In this document: positions 24,821-39,229 of the stretch, one piece after another
How the letters are laid out: the number at the start of each line of letters is the position of its first letter
Position numbering within the stretch: the first letter of the stretch is position 1
NCBI RefSeq assembly: GCF_964194025.1
Contig: NW_027451353.1
Span: 62,001 to 126,000, forward strand
DNA: 64,000 nucleotides
Reading direction: 5' to 3'
DNA from: Convolutriloba macropyga
Lineage: Eukaryota
Made by a program: the position numbers and the translations under genes
Notes under the pieces: model-generated
Databases searched by the model: none
What the model saw: only the letters and a program-made list of their open reading frames with translations
Told to the model about the DNA's origin: nothing

Positions 24821-25908
24821 CGTACCTCAGACCCAATCTTCAGTTATAACTAAAAGAGTAAACAAAATGGTAAACAGAAGATTAATTTTTGGTTAAGTCG
24901 GAAGAATATAGATGCTATCAAAGTTGACTTGGAATGTTTTTGAAATTTAAATTTGTTATCAGTTGACTATATTTTGTTTGATGCTTTCAACTAAAATACA
25001 TCAGTGGTCTTGTTTTTAGTCGTCACAATAAAAAACAAATGTAATCTAAAGCATTGTATCAAGAAATTAGCTGAAACTTCACGAAGTTCGCGGCGTGTTA
25101 AATGTTTGTGCGTTTTTCATTGTACAATAAACGATATACTATCAAAATATTGGTGCACTGTGTAGCGTATGGTTTGAGATTTGAAGCACGTGCTTGTTAA
25201 ATCGTATCGCGGCATAGTATATATAGAGATGAACACGCTCAATTATGAATTTGATTCAAAATTCTCAAAAAAATCACTTTTGACTGGATGGATTTTTCCA
25301 ACGAAGGCCGGAGGAGATTTAAAAAACATTATAGCAAAGATTGAATGAAATAGTATTCAAAACGTTTAGTAGAGCTTTTGTAAATGAAATGATGTTATTT
25401 TTGTGTCCGTTTGATAACTGATATGTATTCAACTCTTTAGGGGTTGGGCGGACTACAAAATAGCACATGCGAATGGGCGTGGGGGCGTAAAAGTATAAGT
25501 TATATGCCCACTAAGCGGGGGGGGGGGGGGGTGGGAAGGGGCTAAACAGATTCCCATTTTTCATTATATTCTTTACCTCTAACATTTCGTATGAGTTGAC
25601 ATACATTACCGCTCACATGCATGACTAGTCAATAATGTGCCATCGTCAGACAAAACCCTGATCATAATTACGGTGGTCAGACATTGAAAAAGTTCTCCTT
25701 GACTGGGCAAGTTTTTTGCTGTCGCAGTTGTAAACTTATTATAACGAAAAAGTTGAATATTTCCATGTTATTTTTTAAGAAAGACTTGAGTTACCGTATT
25801 CTTTGAAAATTTAATACGAAGTGATAGTAATACTAGCTAGAAGTAGAATATGCAGATTCAATCTTTTGTTTATCAAATAATTCTAATATTGATTTCTATT
25901 AAAAAAAA

Positions 25909-26090
25909 TTTGGATCTTTTCCGTTTGTGCCGCCCACCCCCAGCTTAGTGGGCGCATATTATTTGCACCCCCCAGACGCACGTGCCAAAATTTTACATAA
26001 TGATTTACTAAGTAATGGCACGTGCTCTGTAACTGGGGGGAGCATAACGTACTGGGGGGGGGGGGGGGGCACAAACGGAAAAGATCCAAA
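25909..26090. mobile_element. MITE with 23-bp perfect TIRs
   Basis: TTTGGATCTTTTCCGTTTGTGCC ... GGCACAAACGGAAAAGATCCAAA; a related fragment lies inverted near 25500-25555. Confidence 0.8.
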
Positions 26091-26342
26091 AATTTTTAAA
26101 AAGTTATAAATAAAATTTAGTTTTACTGCTACATTTTGGCAACAAGAGGAGGTTCTGGAAATGATGTAGATTTTTGATAACTCTGGGAAGACAGCATTTG
26201 GTTTTCTGGACTTTGAGCCCTGGTATGTTTAGTTTGTGAGGGGTTCTGACTCTGAATGGAATGATCCGGTTGATACGGAATGGCCTGCTTTGGATGTCTC
26301 AACTGCTTGTTGGTGCTCGGGTGCTTCTAAATCCGTACTAGA

Positions 26343-26497
26343 TATAGTCAGTCCCATAAAGTTGCAACGCTATCGAACGTTTCAAAGGTCAAAGTTCAAA
26401 TTTAAAACACGCAGATATCTAGCAAAACATTGCCCATTTGCATGCCCCGAGTTTTTCGAACGTTCGCTTGCGTTGCAACTTTATGGGACTTACTATA
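26343..26497. mobile_element. Tc1/mariner-type MITE with TA target duplication
   Basis: TA-TAGTCAGTCCCATAAAGTTGCAACGC ... GCGTTGCAACTTTATGGGACTTACTA-TA; one mismatch in 28. Confidence 0.88.
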
Positions 26498-28504
26498 GAT
26501 TGACTGTATGATAATCTTCTGATTTGGTCTTCATTTTCGCATCAATTCTATCGGTTTTTAGAACGTTGACGAGAACGGGGTGCATTTCGAGACTTCTTCT
26601 AAATCAAGCAATATATGTATGAAAAATTGCCAACTGTGCTTCATGAGATTAAAATTTATACGGGTACTACAATAGCCTTGCGTATTTGGTTCTCTTGCTG
26701 AAGTGGGCCTGGAAGGGGAAAGGAGTGATGCCTCGATTTTAATTTTAACAAACCAGATTTCTTACTGTTGGAGGAAGCATTAATTAATAAATGCCATGTG
26801 TATATTCCCTACAACAGCTGGGAGCATATAGTTCTCAAAACTCGATGCTTCTACCAGTTTGTCACCTTGCACTGCTATTAGCAACGGCAGACTATAAGAA
26901 ATTAATGTTAAAATGGAAAAATTATCTTAAATTCTTATTCCTAATCCCTTTCCTCTATCTAACATAATAACTCTTTTACTTTTATGCTTTTGCACTGGTA
27001 ATGGCGTTAATGCGCGTTTGCACATAATTTCGACAACCGTCATCCCCCTTCGTGGCTAAATTGTCGGCAAATGAAGCAGAGATTTAAAAATTTTTTATAG
27101 AAACCGGAGTGAAAGGTTCTCAAGTATATATGAGGGATTCTCAAATATGGACAGAAAAACACTAAATATGGACAAAAGCATACCAGTGAGGATATTTTTT
27201 CTTATTTCACTAACATGGACAGTTGAGCTGCCGAAACATTTTGTTAACAGCAATTAATAGGCTAATACAGTATCTCGACAAGAAAAAGTCGATTTTAAAA
27301 AGATCTGCCCAGTGTTGACTAATGAGATTCTGTCTTCCAACTTCATTAAATTTAAGCCAAAAAGAGCTGTCTAATGGCTTGAATAATAGAATATTTTTCA
27401 ATAAGAGCAGTTTTCGGTTGTCAACAAAGCAATTGACCCTATACATGCAAAAATAAACAAAGAAAATAGCAAACAATGTACCAAGTTTTTTTTTTACTGT
27501 TTGATGTACTTAATGCATGCTCATAAAAACTGTTCGCATAGTGTACAAAAAATTGTCATATAGAACTGAAAAAAATAGACTCTTTGATTTTTGTTTGCCA
27601 AGTGGTCCGATGATTGCATCATACATCGATGAAAACCATACATTCGGAAAAAATTAAAATTGTTTGATAGGCCCTCAATTTCCAACCTAAAGACTGTGGA
27701 AACTAACGACATGAATATTAACATTTTTAGGACAACAACAATTTTTGCTTGTCGAATTTTACTTGCTGCATATGCGAACAAGCAAAAGGAGATTGAAAAT
27801 GGAAATATCTTTTTTTCCAAAAACTGTTTTTGTTAAAACTATCAAACCCAATAACATTATGTTAAAAGAATTTAAAATACGAATTGAGGCCGTAATCAGA
27901 AGCATCATTTGCTAATTAAACTTTAAAAAACGAGGCGAAAAAATGATCAGAGTCAAAACACAAAATTGTTTTCCAACTGTTTGGCGTTAAATTAAACAGA
28001 ACACGTAACCATATATAAAATGAGTTTAAAATTAATTGTGAAAGAACTCCCAACACTGTTTTCTAAATACACAGACACAAAAACTGAAAACGAACACACC
28101 ACGCCATACAAATAAGAACGAACGACATGAAAATGTTGAAAAACAAAAGACCTCTTAGTTCACAACAAAAAATGAAAAAGTAATCGGTTGTTACAAAATG
28201 CAACATTATAGAGCAGATGAGATCTGTTATTTTTGCACATTATATCGGTAACTACTGCTAGTTGTTGCTTAATTTTTAATAAGGGTAAAAAGGAAAAATT
28301 TCAAAAACAAATAAAATTAAAGTAAAATAAACTTACCTTTTAACTGAAAAACATGTATATCTTAACGCTTGTTTCTGTCTTCTGTCGAAGTTCAGTGACA
28401 CTAAAACTTTTTCCTTCAGAAACAAATCAGGTAAAACCAAAAATAAGAATTTTTGTAGACACACACATAATGTCCAAGCAAAAAAACGTACTTCCCCTAG
28501 TCAA

Positions 28505-28634
28505 GGCAAAAAGTTTATCTTGTAAGATCTTGCAAGATTCTTGCAAAAAAAGTTTATCTTACAAGATCTTGAAAGAAAAAGTTTATCTTGTAAGATTCTT
28601 GCAAGAAAAAGTTTATCTTGTAAGATTCTTGCAA
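28505..28634. repeat. ~30-bp tandem repeat built from TCTTG(C/T)AAGA palindromes
   Basis: About 4 copies of AAAAAGTTTATCTTGTAAGATTCTTGCAAG. Confidence 0.8.
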
Positions 28635-28849
28635 ATACATAAACCACCATAAAAAACCTGGAATATGAAACAACTAACCAACTAAGAGCACAATTGCTAT
28701 AAACTGAGTGAAAAGACTTGCAAAGCAAGTGCAACGTATGACTTTTTTACAGGTATAACACGATGGCTTTCTTATGACTTTTTTGCGGGAAATCATGGCT
28801 TTCTTTAGTTTTTTTAACGTTTTTGCGATACAATGGAGGGCTAGATATA

Positions 28850-31800
28850 ACTGAAGGAATTTTTTGCTTGAAGCAAAATTGTCCGAAACAACAAAGAAGG
28901 TAGGTTATCAAAAAAATACTTAGAGGGCACTATCATCGTAGAAGTTAAAATTTCGTTTTTTTTCTGTTAGATTTTTTTGATAGCAAATATCATCCAACCA
29001 GGCTTCAAAAAAATCCGGCGGTGATTTTTGTATTTATTGTGTATAATTAAGCGTGATAACTTGAGATTTGTCAGAAAAAAATGGTTTTTGAAAAATTTCA
29101 TTAAAAGTTTCAGTCTTTTCTTTAAATGACAAGGAATCCTGTCTTTCCTCAGCTTTCTTTTCACGGTTGTTGCATTCAAACAGAACATGCAATGGAGGGC
29201 AAGATGTAGCTAAAAGAACGTTTTCCTTGAAAACAATACTGTTCGAAACAACAAAGAAGGCAGATTATCTGAAAAAAAACACTTATTGGCCCGATGGGCG
29301 TATAAGCGTAGAAGTTGTTATTTTTTGTTATAGTTTGTTTAAGATAACAAATATCATCTGACCATGCTTCGAAAAATCTGGCGTCGATAGTTTTTTTTAT
29401 AAGTCAGTGTGTACATTTTTGCGAGATGACTCGCAATTTGTCAGAAAAAATTAGTTTTTGAAAAGTTTGAGTGAAACTTTTTATTTTCTTTAAATGAAAA
29501 CGAACCTTCTCTTTTCTCAGCTTTCTTTTCACAGTTGTTGCAGTCAAACAGAACATGCAATAGAGGTCAAGATGTAGCTAAAAGAACGTTTTGCTTGAAA
29601 ACAATACTGTTCGAAACAACAAAGAAGGCAGATTATCTGAAAAAAAAACACTTATTGGCCCGATGGGCGTATAAGCGTAGAAGTTGTTATTTTTTGTTAT
29701 ACTTTGTTTAAGATAACAAATATCATCTGACCATGCTTCAAAAAATCTGGCGTCGATAGTTTTTTTATAAGTCAGTGTGTACAATTTTGCGAGATAACTC
29801 GCAATTTGTCAGAAAAAATTAGTTTTTGAAAAGTTTTAGTGAAACTTTTTATTTTCTTTAAATGAAAACGAACCTTCTCTTTTCTCAGCTTTTTTTTTCA
29901 CAGTTGTTGCAGTCAAACAGAACATGCAATAGAGGGCCAGATGAAGCCAAAGGAAAGCTTTGCTTGAAAATGAAACTGTTCGAAACAACAATGAAGACAG
30001 ATTATCAGAAAAAACACTTATTGACCCGATGGGCGTAGAAGCGTAAAAGTTGTTATTTTTTTGGGTTAGTTTGTTTAAGATAACAAATATCATCCGGCCA
30101 TGCTTCAAAAAATTTGGCGTTGATAGTTTTTATAAGTCAGTGAGTATAATTTTAAGAGATAACTCGCAATTTGTCAGAAAAAAATTAATTTTTGAAAAGT
30201 TTGAGTGAAATTTTTTGTTTTTTTAAATGACAACGAACCTTGTCTTTTCACAGTTTTCTTTTCACAATTGTTGCAGTCAAACAAAACATGCAATAGAGGT
30301 CAAGATGTAGCCAAAGGAAGGCTTTGCTTGAAAATAAAACTGTTCGAAAGAACAATCAAGGCAGATTATCAGGAAAAACACTTATTGGACCGATGGGCGT
30401 AGAAGCGCAGAAGTTGTTTTTTTTGTGTTAGTTTGTATGAGATAACAAATATTTCAGCATAGTTACTTCAATCAACTCATTTCATAATTACGAGAGTTAC
30501 AAATATGTATTACATTTTAGTACAAGAGGAAAAGAATTTCGTTTTTTGCTGTCAATCTTTAATTTTGTCCATTTTGATAAAAAATAGTTTTCTTAAATTC
30601 CATTAAACTTCGACGTGTACTTGCTCTAATGATCCGTGTTTATTCCTTTTTTTCAATCAAAGTGTACCCAAAACTGCTTACTGTGTCACAAGAAGATAAT
30701 TTACTGTTGTGTTCGTTCAGTTGAACCTGTGGTTTTTCAGGAAATTTTTAAAGTGTTTTATAGAAACACTGAATATCTTTAAAGACTGTCTGTTTTTGAG
30801 GATATAGAAGTAATAATAGGCACCAAAATAATTTCCAACCTTGAATTTATTACTGGTAGTGCAGTTTGATTTCAATATTATCAATGTAAGGGCTTAATAA
30901 TTATCATATTGTAAGAAATCTGGAAACTTTTTACAAAATTTTATCCTACATTTTTTTTGTTCTTTTATCTAGTTCTGCATTATTGGTCATTTGATGTTTT
31001 AAAGTTATTTTGTTTCAGCACGAAATTGGTTTCAGCACTACTGCTGTGATCAATTTTTATGGAAACCGTTATAAAAGGAAAGAAAATCGTTCGGAACTTT
31101 GGGAGCAAAAAATTAGACATGAAGAGAAACTCCTTACCTTATAACTTTTTATTTAAGGAATCAAAACTTACTTTCAATAGCGCAATATAACGCTCAAAAT
31201 ATGACCTTGGAAACATTATCAAGAAAAGGTAGTTTAGAGGGAGATAAAAGCTCTTTTTTGCCAATTTTTTCCTAAAATATCATTAAATTGACCTCAATTT
31301 GCAAATCATTGCTGAATATGTTTTACAGACAGCAAATACCCTATATTTCTACAGCCAAAGGAAGGCTTTGCTTGAAAAAAACTGTTTGAAACAAAAAAGA
31401 GGGCAGATTATCAGAAAAAAAACTTATTGGCCCGATGGGCGTAGAAGCGTAGAAGTTGTTAGTTTTTTGTGTTAGTTTGTTCAAGATAAGAAATATCATC
31501 CCACAATGCTTCAAAAAATTTGGCAATGGTAGTTTTTATAAATCAGTGAGGATAATTTTGCGAGATAACTTGCAAATTGTCAGAAAAAAATTTGTTTTTG
31601 AAAAGATTGATTGAAATTTTTTGTTTTTTTTAAATGACAACGAACCTTGATTTTTCTCAGCTTTTTTTCACAGTTGTTGCAGTCAAACAGCACATGCAAT
31701 AGAGGGCAAGATGTAGACGAAAGAAGGCTTTGCTAGAAAAAAAACTGTTCGAAACAACAATCAAGGCAGATTATCAGAAAAAACACTTATTGGACCGATG

Positions 31801-34800
31801 GGCGTAGAAGCGTAGAAGTTGTTTTTTTTGTGTTAGTTTGTATAAGATAACAAATATTTCAGCATAGTTACTTCAATCAACTCATTTCATAATTACGAGA
31901 GTTACAAATATGTATTACATTTTAGTACAAGAGGAAAAGAATTTCGTTTTTTGCTGTCAATCTTTAATTTTGTCCATTTTGATAAAAAATAGTTTTATTA
32001 AATTCCATTAAACTTCGACGTGTACTTGCTCTAATGATCCGTGTTTATTCCTTTTTTTCAATCAAAGTGTACCCAAAACTGCTTACTGTGTCACAAGAAG
32101 ATAATTTACTGTTGTGTTCGTTCAGTTGAACCTGTGGTTTTTCAGGAAATTTTTAAAGTGTTTTATAGAAACACTGAATATCTTTAAAGACTGTCTGTTT
32201 TTGAGGATATAGAAGTAATATTAGGCACCAAAATAATTTTCAACCTTTGAATTTTTTACTGGTAGTGCAAGTTGGTTTCAATATTATCAATGTAAGGGCT
32301 TAATAATTATCATATTGTAAGAAATCTGGAAATTTTTACAAAATTTTATCCTACATTTTTTTTGTTCTTTTATCTAGTTCTGCATTATTGGTCATTTGAT
32401 GTTTTAAAGTTATTTTGTTTCAGCACGAATTTAGTTTCAGCACTATTGCTGTGATCAATTTTTATGGAAACCGTTATAAAAGGAAAGAAAATCGTTCGGA
32501 ACTTTGGGAGCAGAAAATTAGACATGAAGAGAAACTCCTTACCTTATAACTTTTTATTTAAGGAATCAAAACTTACTTTCAATAGCGCAATATAACGCTC
32601 AAATTATGACCTTGGAAACATTATCAAGAAAAAGTAGTTTAGAGGGAGATAAAAGCTCTTTTTTGCCAATTTTTTCCTAAAATATCATTAAATTGACCCC
32701 AATTTGCGAATCATTGCTTAATATTTTTCACAGACAACAAATACCCTATATTTCTACAGCCAAAGGAAGGCTTTGCTTGAAAAAAAATGTTTGAAACAAA
32801 AAAGAAGGCACATTATCGGAAAAAAAACTTATTGGCCCGATGGGCGTAGAAGCGTAGAAGTTGTTAGTTTTTTGTGTTAGTTTGTTCAAGATAAGAAATA
32901 TCATCCCACTATGCTTCAAAAAATCTGACAATGGTAGTTTTTATAAATCAGTGAGGATAATTTTGCTAGATAACTTGCAAATTGTCAGAAAAAAATTTGT
33001 TTTTGAAAAGATTGATTGAAATTTTTTGTTTTTTTTTTAAATGACAACGAACCTTGTCTTTTCTCAGATTTCTTTTCACAGTTGTTGCAGTCAAACAGAA
33101 CATGCAATAGAGGTCAAGATGTAGCCAAAGGAAGGCCTCGCTTGAAAATAAAACTGTTCGAAACAACAATCACGGCAGATTATCAGAAAAAACACTTATT
33201 GGACCGATGGGCGTAGAAGCGTAGAAGTTGTTTTTTTTTTGTGTTAGTTTGTTTAAGATAACATATATTTCAGCATAGTTACTTCAATCAACTCATTTCA
33301 TAATTACGAGAGTTACAAATTTGTATTACTTTTTTGTACAAGAGGAAATGAATTTCGTTTTTTGCTGTCAATCTTTAATTTTGTCCATTTTGATAAAAAA
33401 TAGTTTTCTAAAATTCTATTAAACTTCGACGTGTACTTGCTCTAATGATCCCTGTTTATTCCTTTTTTTCAATCAAAGTGTACCTAAAACTGCTTACTGT
33501 GTCACAAGAAGATAATTTACTGTTGTGTTCGTTCAGTTGAACCTGTGGTTTTTCAGTTAATTTTTAAAGTGTTTTATAGAAACACTGGAAAACTTTAGAA
33601 ACTGTCTGTTTTTGAGGATATAAAAGTAATATTAGGCACCAAATTAATTTCCAATTTTTGAATATTTTACTGGCAGTGCAGTTTTGTATCAATATTATCA
33701 ATATAAAGGCTTAATAATTATTATATTGTAAGAAATCTGGAAACTTTTTACAACAATTTATCCTACATTTTTTTGTTCTTTTATCTAGTTCTGCATTATT
33801 GGTCATTTGATGTTCTAAAGTTATTTTGTTTCAGCACTAACTTAGCTCGAAAATCTGCTGCTGTGATCAATTTTTATGGAAACCATTATAAAAGGAAAGA
33901 AAATCGTTCGGAACTTTGGGAGCAAAAATTTAGACATGAAGAGAAACTCCTTACCTTATAACTTTTTATTGAAGGAATCAAAACTTATTTTCAATAGCGC
34001 AATATAACGCTCAAAATATGAGCTTGAAAACATTATCAAGAGAAGGTAGTTTAGAGGGAGATAAAAGCTCTTCTTTTGCCAATTTTTTCCTAAAATATCT
34101 TAAAATTGACCTCAATTTGCGAATCATTGCTTATTTTTTTTACAGACAGCAAATACCCCATATCTCTACAGACAAAAGAAGGCTTTGCTTAAAAAAACTG
34201 TTTGAAACAAAAAAGAAGGCAGATTATCAGAAAAAACTCTTATTGGCCCGATGGGCGTAGAAGCGTAGAAGTTGTTATTTTATTTGTGTTAGTTTCTTCA
34301 AGATAAGAAGTATCATCCTACTATGCTTCAAAAAATCTGGCAATGGTAGTTTTTATAAGTCAGTGAGGATAACTTTGCGAGATAACTTGCAAATTGTCAG
34401 AAAAAAATTTGTTTTTGAAAAGTTTGATTGAAATTTTTTGTTTTTTTTAAATGAAAACGAACCTTCTCATTTCTCAGCTTTCTTTTCACAGTTGTTGCAG
34501 TCAAACAAAACATGCAATAGAGGTCAAGATGTAGCCAAAGGAAGGCTTTGCTTGAAAATAAAACTGTTCGAAACAACAATCACGGCAGATTATCAGAAAA
34601 AACACTTATTGGACCGATGGGCGTAGAAGCGTAGAAGTTGTTTTTTTTTGTGTTAGTTTGTTTAAGATAACATATATTTCAGCATAGTTACTTCAATCAA
34701 CTCATTTCATAATTACGAGAGTTACAAATTTGTATTACTTTTTTGTACAAGAGGAAATGAATTTCGTTTTTTGCTGTCAATCTTTAATTTTGTCCATTTT

Positions 34801-37800
34801 GATAAAAAATAGTTTTCTAAAATTCTATTAAACTTCGACGTGTACTTGCTCTAATGATCCCTGTTTATTCCTTTTTTTCAATCAAAGTGTACCTAAAACT
34901 GCTTACTGTGTCACAAGAAGGTAATTTACTGTTGTGTTCGTTCAGTTGAACCTGTGGTTTTTCAGTTAATTTTTAAAGTGTTTTATAGAAACACTGGAAA
35001 ACTTTAGAAACTGTCTGTTTTTGAGGATATAAAAGTAATATTAGGCACCAAATTAATTTCCAATTTTTGAATATTTTACTGGCAGTGCAGTTTTGTATCA
35101 ATATTATCAATATAAAGGCTTAATAATTATTATATTGTAAGAAATCTGGAAACTTTTTACAACAATTTATCCTACATTTTTTTGTTCTTTTATCTAGTTC
35201 TGCATTATTGGTCATTTGATGTTCTAAAGTTATTTTGTTTCAGCACTAACTTAGCTCGAAAATCTGCTGCTGTGATCAATTTTTATGGAAACCATTATAA
35301 AAGGAAAGAAAATCGTTCGGAACTTTGGGAGCAAAAATTTAGACTTGAAGAGAAACTCCTTACCTTATAACTTTTTATTGAAGGAATCAAAACTTATTTT
35401 CAATAGCGCAATATAACGCTCAAAATATGAGCTTGCAAACATTATCAAGAGAAGGTAGTTTAGAGGGAGATAAAAGCTCTTCTTTTGCCAATTTTTTCCT
35501 AAAATATCTTAAAATTGACCTCACTTTGCGAATCATTGCTTATTTTTTTTTACAGACAGCAAATACCCCATATCTCTACAGACAAAAAAAGGCTTTGCTT
35601 AAAAAAACTGTTTGAAACAAAAAAGAAGGCAGATTATCAGAAAAAACTCTTATTGGCCCGATGGGCGTAGAAGCGTAGAAGTTGTTATTTTATTTGTGTT
35701 AGTTTCTTCAAGATAAGAAGTATCATCCTACTATGCTTCAAAAAATCTGGCAATGGTAGTTTTTATAAGTCAGTGAGGATAACTTTGCGAGATAACTTGC
35801 AAATTGTCAGAAAAAAATTTGTTTTTGAAAAGTTTGATTGAAATTTTTTGTTTTTTTTTAAATGAAAACGAACCTTCTCATTTCTCAGCTTTCTTTTCAC
35901 AGTTGTTGCAGTCAAACAAAACATGCAATAGAGGTCAAGATGTAGCCAAAGGAAGGCTTTGCTTGAAAATAAAACTGTTCGAAAGAACAATCAAGGCAGA
36001 TTATCAGGAAAAACATTTATTGGACCGATGGGCGTAGAAGCGTATAAGTTGTTTTTTTTTGTGTTAGTTTGTTTAAGATAACATATATTTCAGCATAGTT
36101 ACTTCAATCAACTCATTTCATAATTACGAGAGTTACAGATTTGTATTACTTTTTTGTACAAGAGGAAATGAATTTCGTTTTTTGCTGTCAGTCTTTAATT
36201 TTGTCCATTTTGATAAAAAATAGTTTTCTAAAATTCTACTAAACTTCGACGTGTACTTGCTCTAATGATCCGTGTTTATTCCTTTTTTTCAATCAAAGTG
36301 TACCTAAAACTGCTTACTGTGTCACAAGAAGATAATTTACTGTTGTGTTCGTTCAGTTGAACCTGTGGTTTTTCAGTTAATTTTAAAGTGTTTTATAGAA
36401 ACACTGAAAAACTTTCGAAACTGTCTGTTTTTGAGGATATAAAAGTAATATTAGGCACCAAATTAATTTCCAATGTTTGAATATTTTACTGGCAGTGCAG
36501 TTTTGTATCAATATTATCAATATAAAGGCTTAATAATTATCATATTGTAAGAAATCTGGAAACTTTTTACAACATTTTATCCTACATTTTTTTGTTCTTT
36601 TATCTAGTTCTGCATTATTGGTCATTTGATGTTTTAAAGTTATTCTGTTTCAGCACTAACTTAGCTCGAAAATCTGTTGCTGTGATCAATTTTTATGGAA
36701 ACCATTATAAAAGGAAAGAAAATCGTTCGGAACTTTGAGAGCACAAAATTAGACATGAAGAGAAACTCCTTACCTTATAACTTTTTATTTAAGGAATCAA
36801 AACTTTTTTTTCAATAGCGCAATATAACGCTCAAAATATGAGCTGGCAAACATTATCAAGAGAAGGTAGTTTAGAGGGAGATAAAAGCTCTTCTTTTGCC
36901 AATTTTTTCCTAAAATATCTTCAAATTGACCTCAATTTGCGAATCATTGCTTATTTTTTTTTTACAGACAGCAAATACCCCATATCTCTACAGACAAAAG
37001 AAGGCTTTGCTTAAAAAAAACTGTTGGAAACAAAAAAGAAGGCAGATTATCAGAAAAAACACTTACGGGCCCGATGGGCGTAGAAGCGTAGAAGTTGTTA
37101 TTTTATTTGTGTTAGTTTGTTCAAGATAAGAAGTATCATCCTACTATGCTTCAAAAAATCTGGCAATGGTAGTTTTTATAAGTCAGTGAGGATAACTTTG
37201 CGAGATAAATTGCAACTTGTCAGAAAAAAATTTGTTTTTGAAAAGTTTGATTGAAATTTTTTGTTTTTTTTAAATGACAATGAACCTTGACTTTTCTCAG
37301 CTTCTTTTCACAGTTGTTGCAGTCAAACAGAACATGCAAAAGAGGCCAAAAAGTAGCCGAAAGAAGGCTTTGCTTGAAAAAAACTGTTCGAAACAACAAT
37401 CAAGGCAGATTATCAGAAAAAACACTTATTGGACCGATGGGCGTAGAGGCGTAGAAGTTGTTTTTTTTGTGTTAGTTTGTTTAAGATAACAAATATTTCA
37501 GCGTTGTTACTTCAATCAATTCTTCTCATAAATACGAGAGTTACAAATAAGTATTACATTTTAGTACAAAAGGAATTGAATTTTGTTTTTTGCTGTCAAT
37601 CATTAATTTTGTCAATTTTGATAAAAAATAGTTTTCTTAAATTCTATTAAACTTCGACGTGCACTTGCTCTAAGGATCCATGTTTATTCGTTTTTTTCAA
37701 TCAAAGTGTACCTAAAACTGCTTACTTTGTCACATGAAGATAATTTACTGTTGTGTTCGCTCAGTTGAACCTGTGATTTTTCAGGAAATTGTTAAAGTGT

Positions 37801-38390
37801 TTTATAGAAACACTGAAAATCTTTAAAGACTGTCTGTTTTTGAGGATATAGAATTAATATTAGGCACCAAAATAATTTCCAACCTTTGAATTTTTTACTG
37901 GTAGTGCAGTTTGGTTTCAATATTATCAATGTAAGGGCTTAATAATTATCATATTGTAAGAAATCTTGGAACTCTTTACAAAATTTTATCCTACATTTGT
38001 TTTGTTCTTTTATCTAGTTCTGCATTATTGCTCATTTGATGTTTTAAAGATATATTGCTTCAGCTTTAATTTAGCACAAAAATCTACTGCTGTGATCAAT
38101 TTTTATGGAAATCGTTATAAAAAGAAAGAAAATCGTTCGAAACTTAAAAATTGTGAGCAAAAAATTATACATGCAGAGAAACTCCTTAACTTATAACTTT
38201 TTATTTAATGAGTCAAAACTTATTTTCAATAGCGCAAAATAACGCTCAAAATATGAGCTTGCAAACATTATTAAGAGAGGGTAGTTTAGAGGGAGATAAA
38301 AGCTCTTCTTTTGCCACTTTTTTCCTAAAATATCTTAAAATTGACCTCAATTTGCGAATCATTGCTTAATAATTTCTTACAGACAGCGAA
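28850..38390. repeat. Satellite: ~365-bp monomers changing into ~1.41-kb higher-order units (~6 copies)
   Basis: Marker GATGGGCGTA at ~29293, 29662, 30028, 30392, then in pairs at 31434/31797, 32839/33206, 34250/34616, 35660/36027 and 37073/37435. Confidence 0.95.
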
Positions 38391-39229
38391 TACAGCATAA
38401 TTCTACAGCAAATTATTCAGCTCATTTCATGCGCATTTTGAAAATATAATTTACTATTATGCTCTTCCTACATTTTATCAACAAAATTTTGCTTTGATTG
38501 GGCGGTACTTTTGCCCAATATGTGGTAATAAAACGTTTTTTTTTAAGTTTAGCAGTTGAATAACTTTTATCTAGCTTTTGTTACCCGGGTTACCATAGCT
38601 CATTTTAAAGCTTATTTTACGTTCGTTAAGAATATTGCAAATTTACTTCGAAAAAAAGCATCAAATTGGCTAATTTTAGCATTTTTTTGAGGATACCAAT
38701 ATTCGAGGAATTCGACCTGTCAATGCTCAAAATCGTCGAATTAAAATTTTAGATTCACCGGACAAATGTTATATAGTTGTAAAGCCTATTATCTCCTCAG
38801 TTCAGAACCGTTTTTAATTTTTCAAACAAAGATCTCGTTCAGGAGATATTAGTGTTTTTTTGACCTATACCTCGAAAAATTCGAATTCCGATCAATTTTA
38901 GTTATGGTCACGTGTCAATACACGCTAACCGTCAGCAGGTATTTGTTGGCAAATAATGCTGTCGGGATGTATGCTTGTTTCTTGTGGATGGCATAGGCCA
39001 CTCTGGGCATAGGCCGTAGAATGTGGTCAGGGTCCCTCTTACACTTTTTTATTAAAGTGATTATAATCATTGTACTGTTCATTGTTTCAGATTAGTTGGT
39101 TATAAACGAAGTGTTATATGAAGAGTTATAAACGAAGTGGCACCGTAGAAAAACACAAAGGGTTGTTTATTTTGCTGACTGTATCTAATGGCTTCACAGT
39201 GAGTATTGTTAGGTATTATTATTATTAAA

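Noticed and set aside
28967-38196. Many recurring 60-90 aa ORFs
   Set aside because: By-products of the satellite; frames vary with homopolymer length and no domain motifs are present.
28850-38390. CRISPR-like array
   Set aside because: Eukaryotic context; the spacers are themselves repeated, units are 365-1410 bp, and there are no cas genes.
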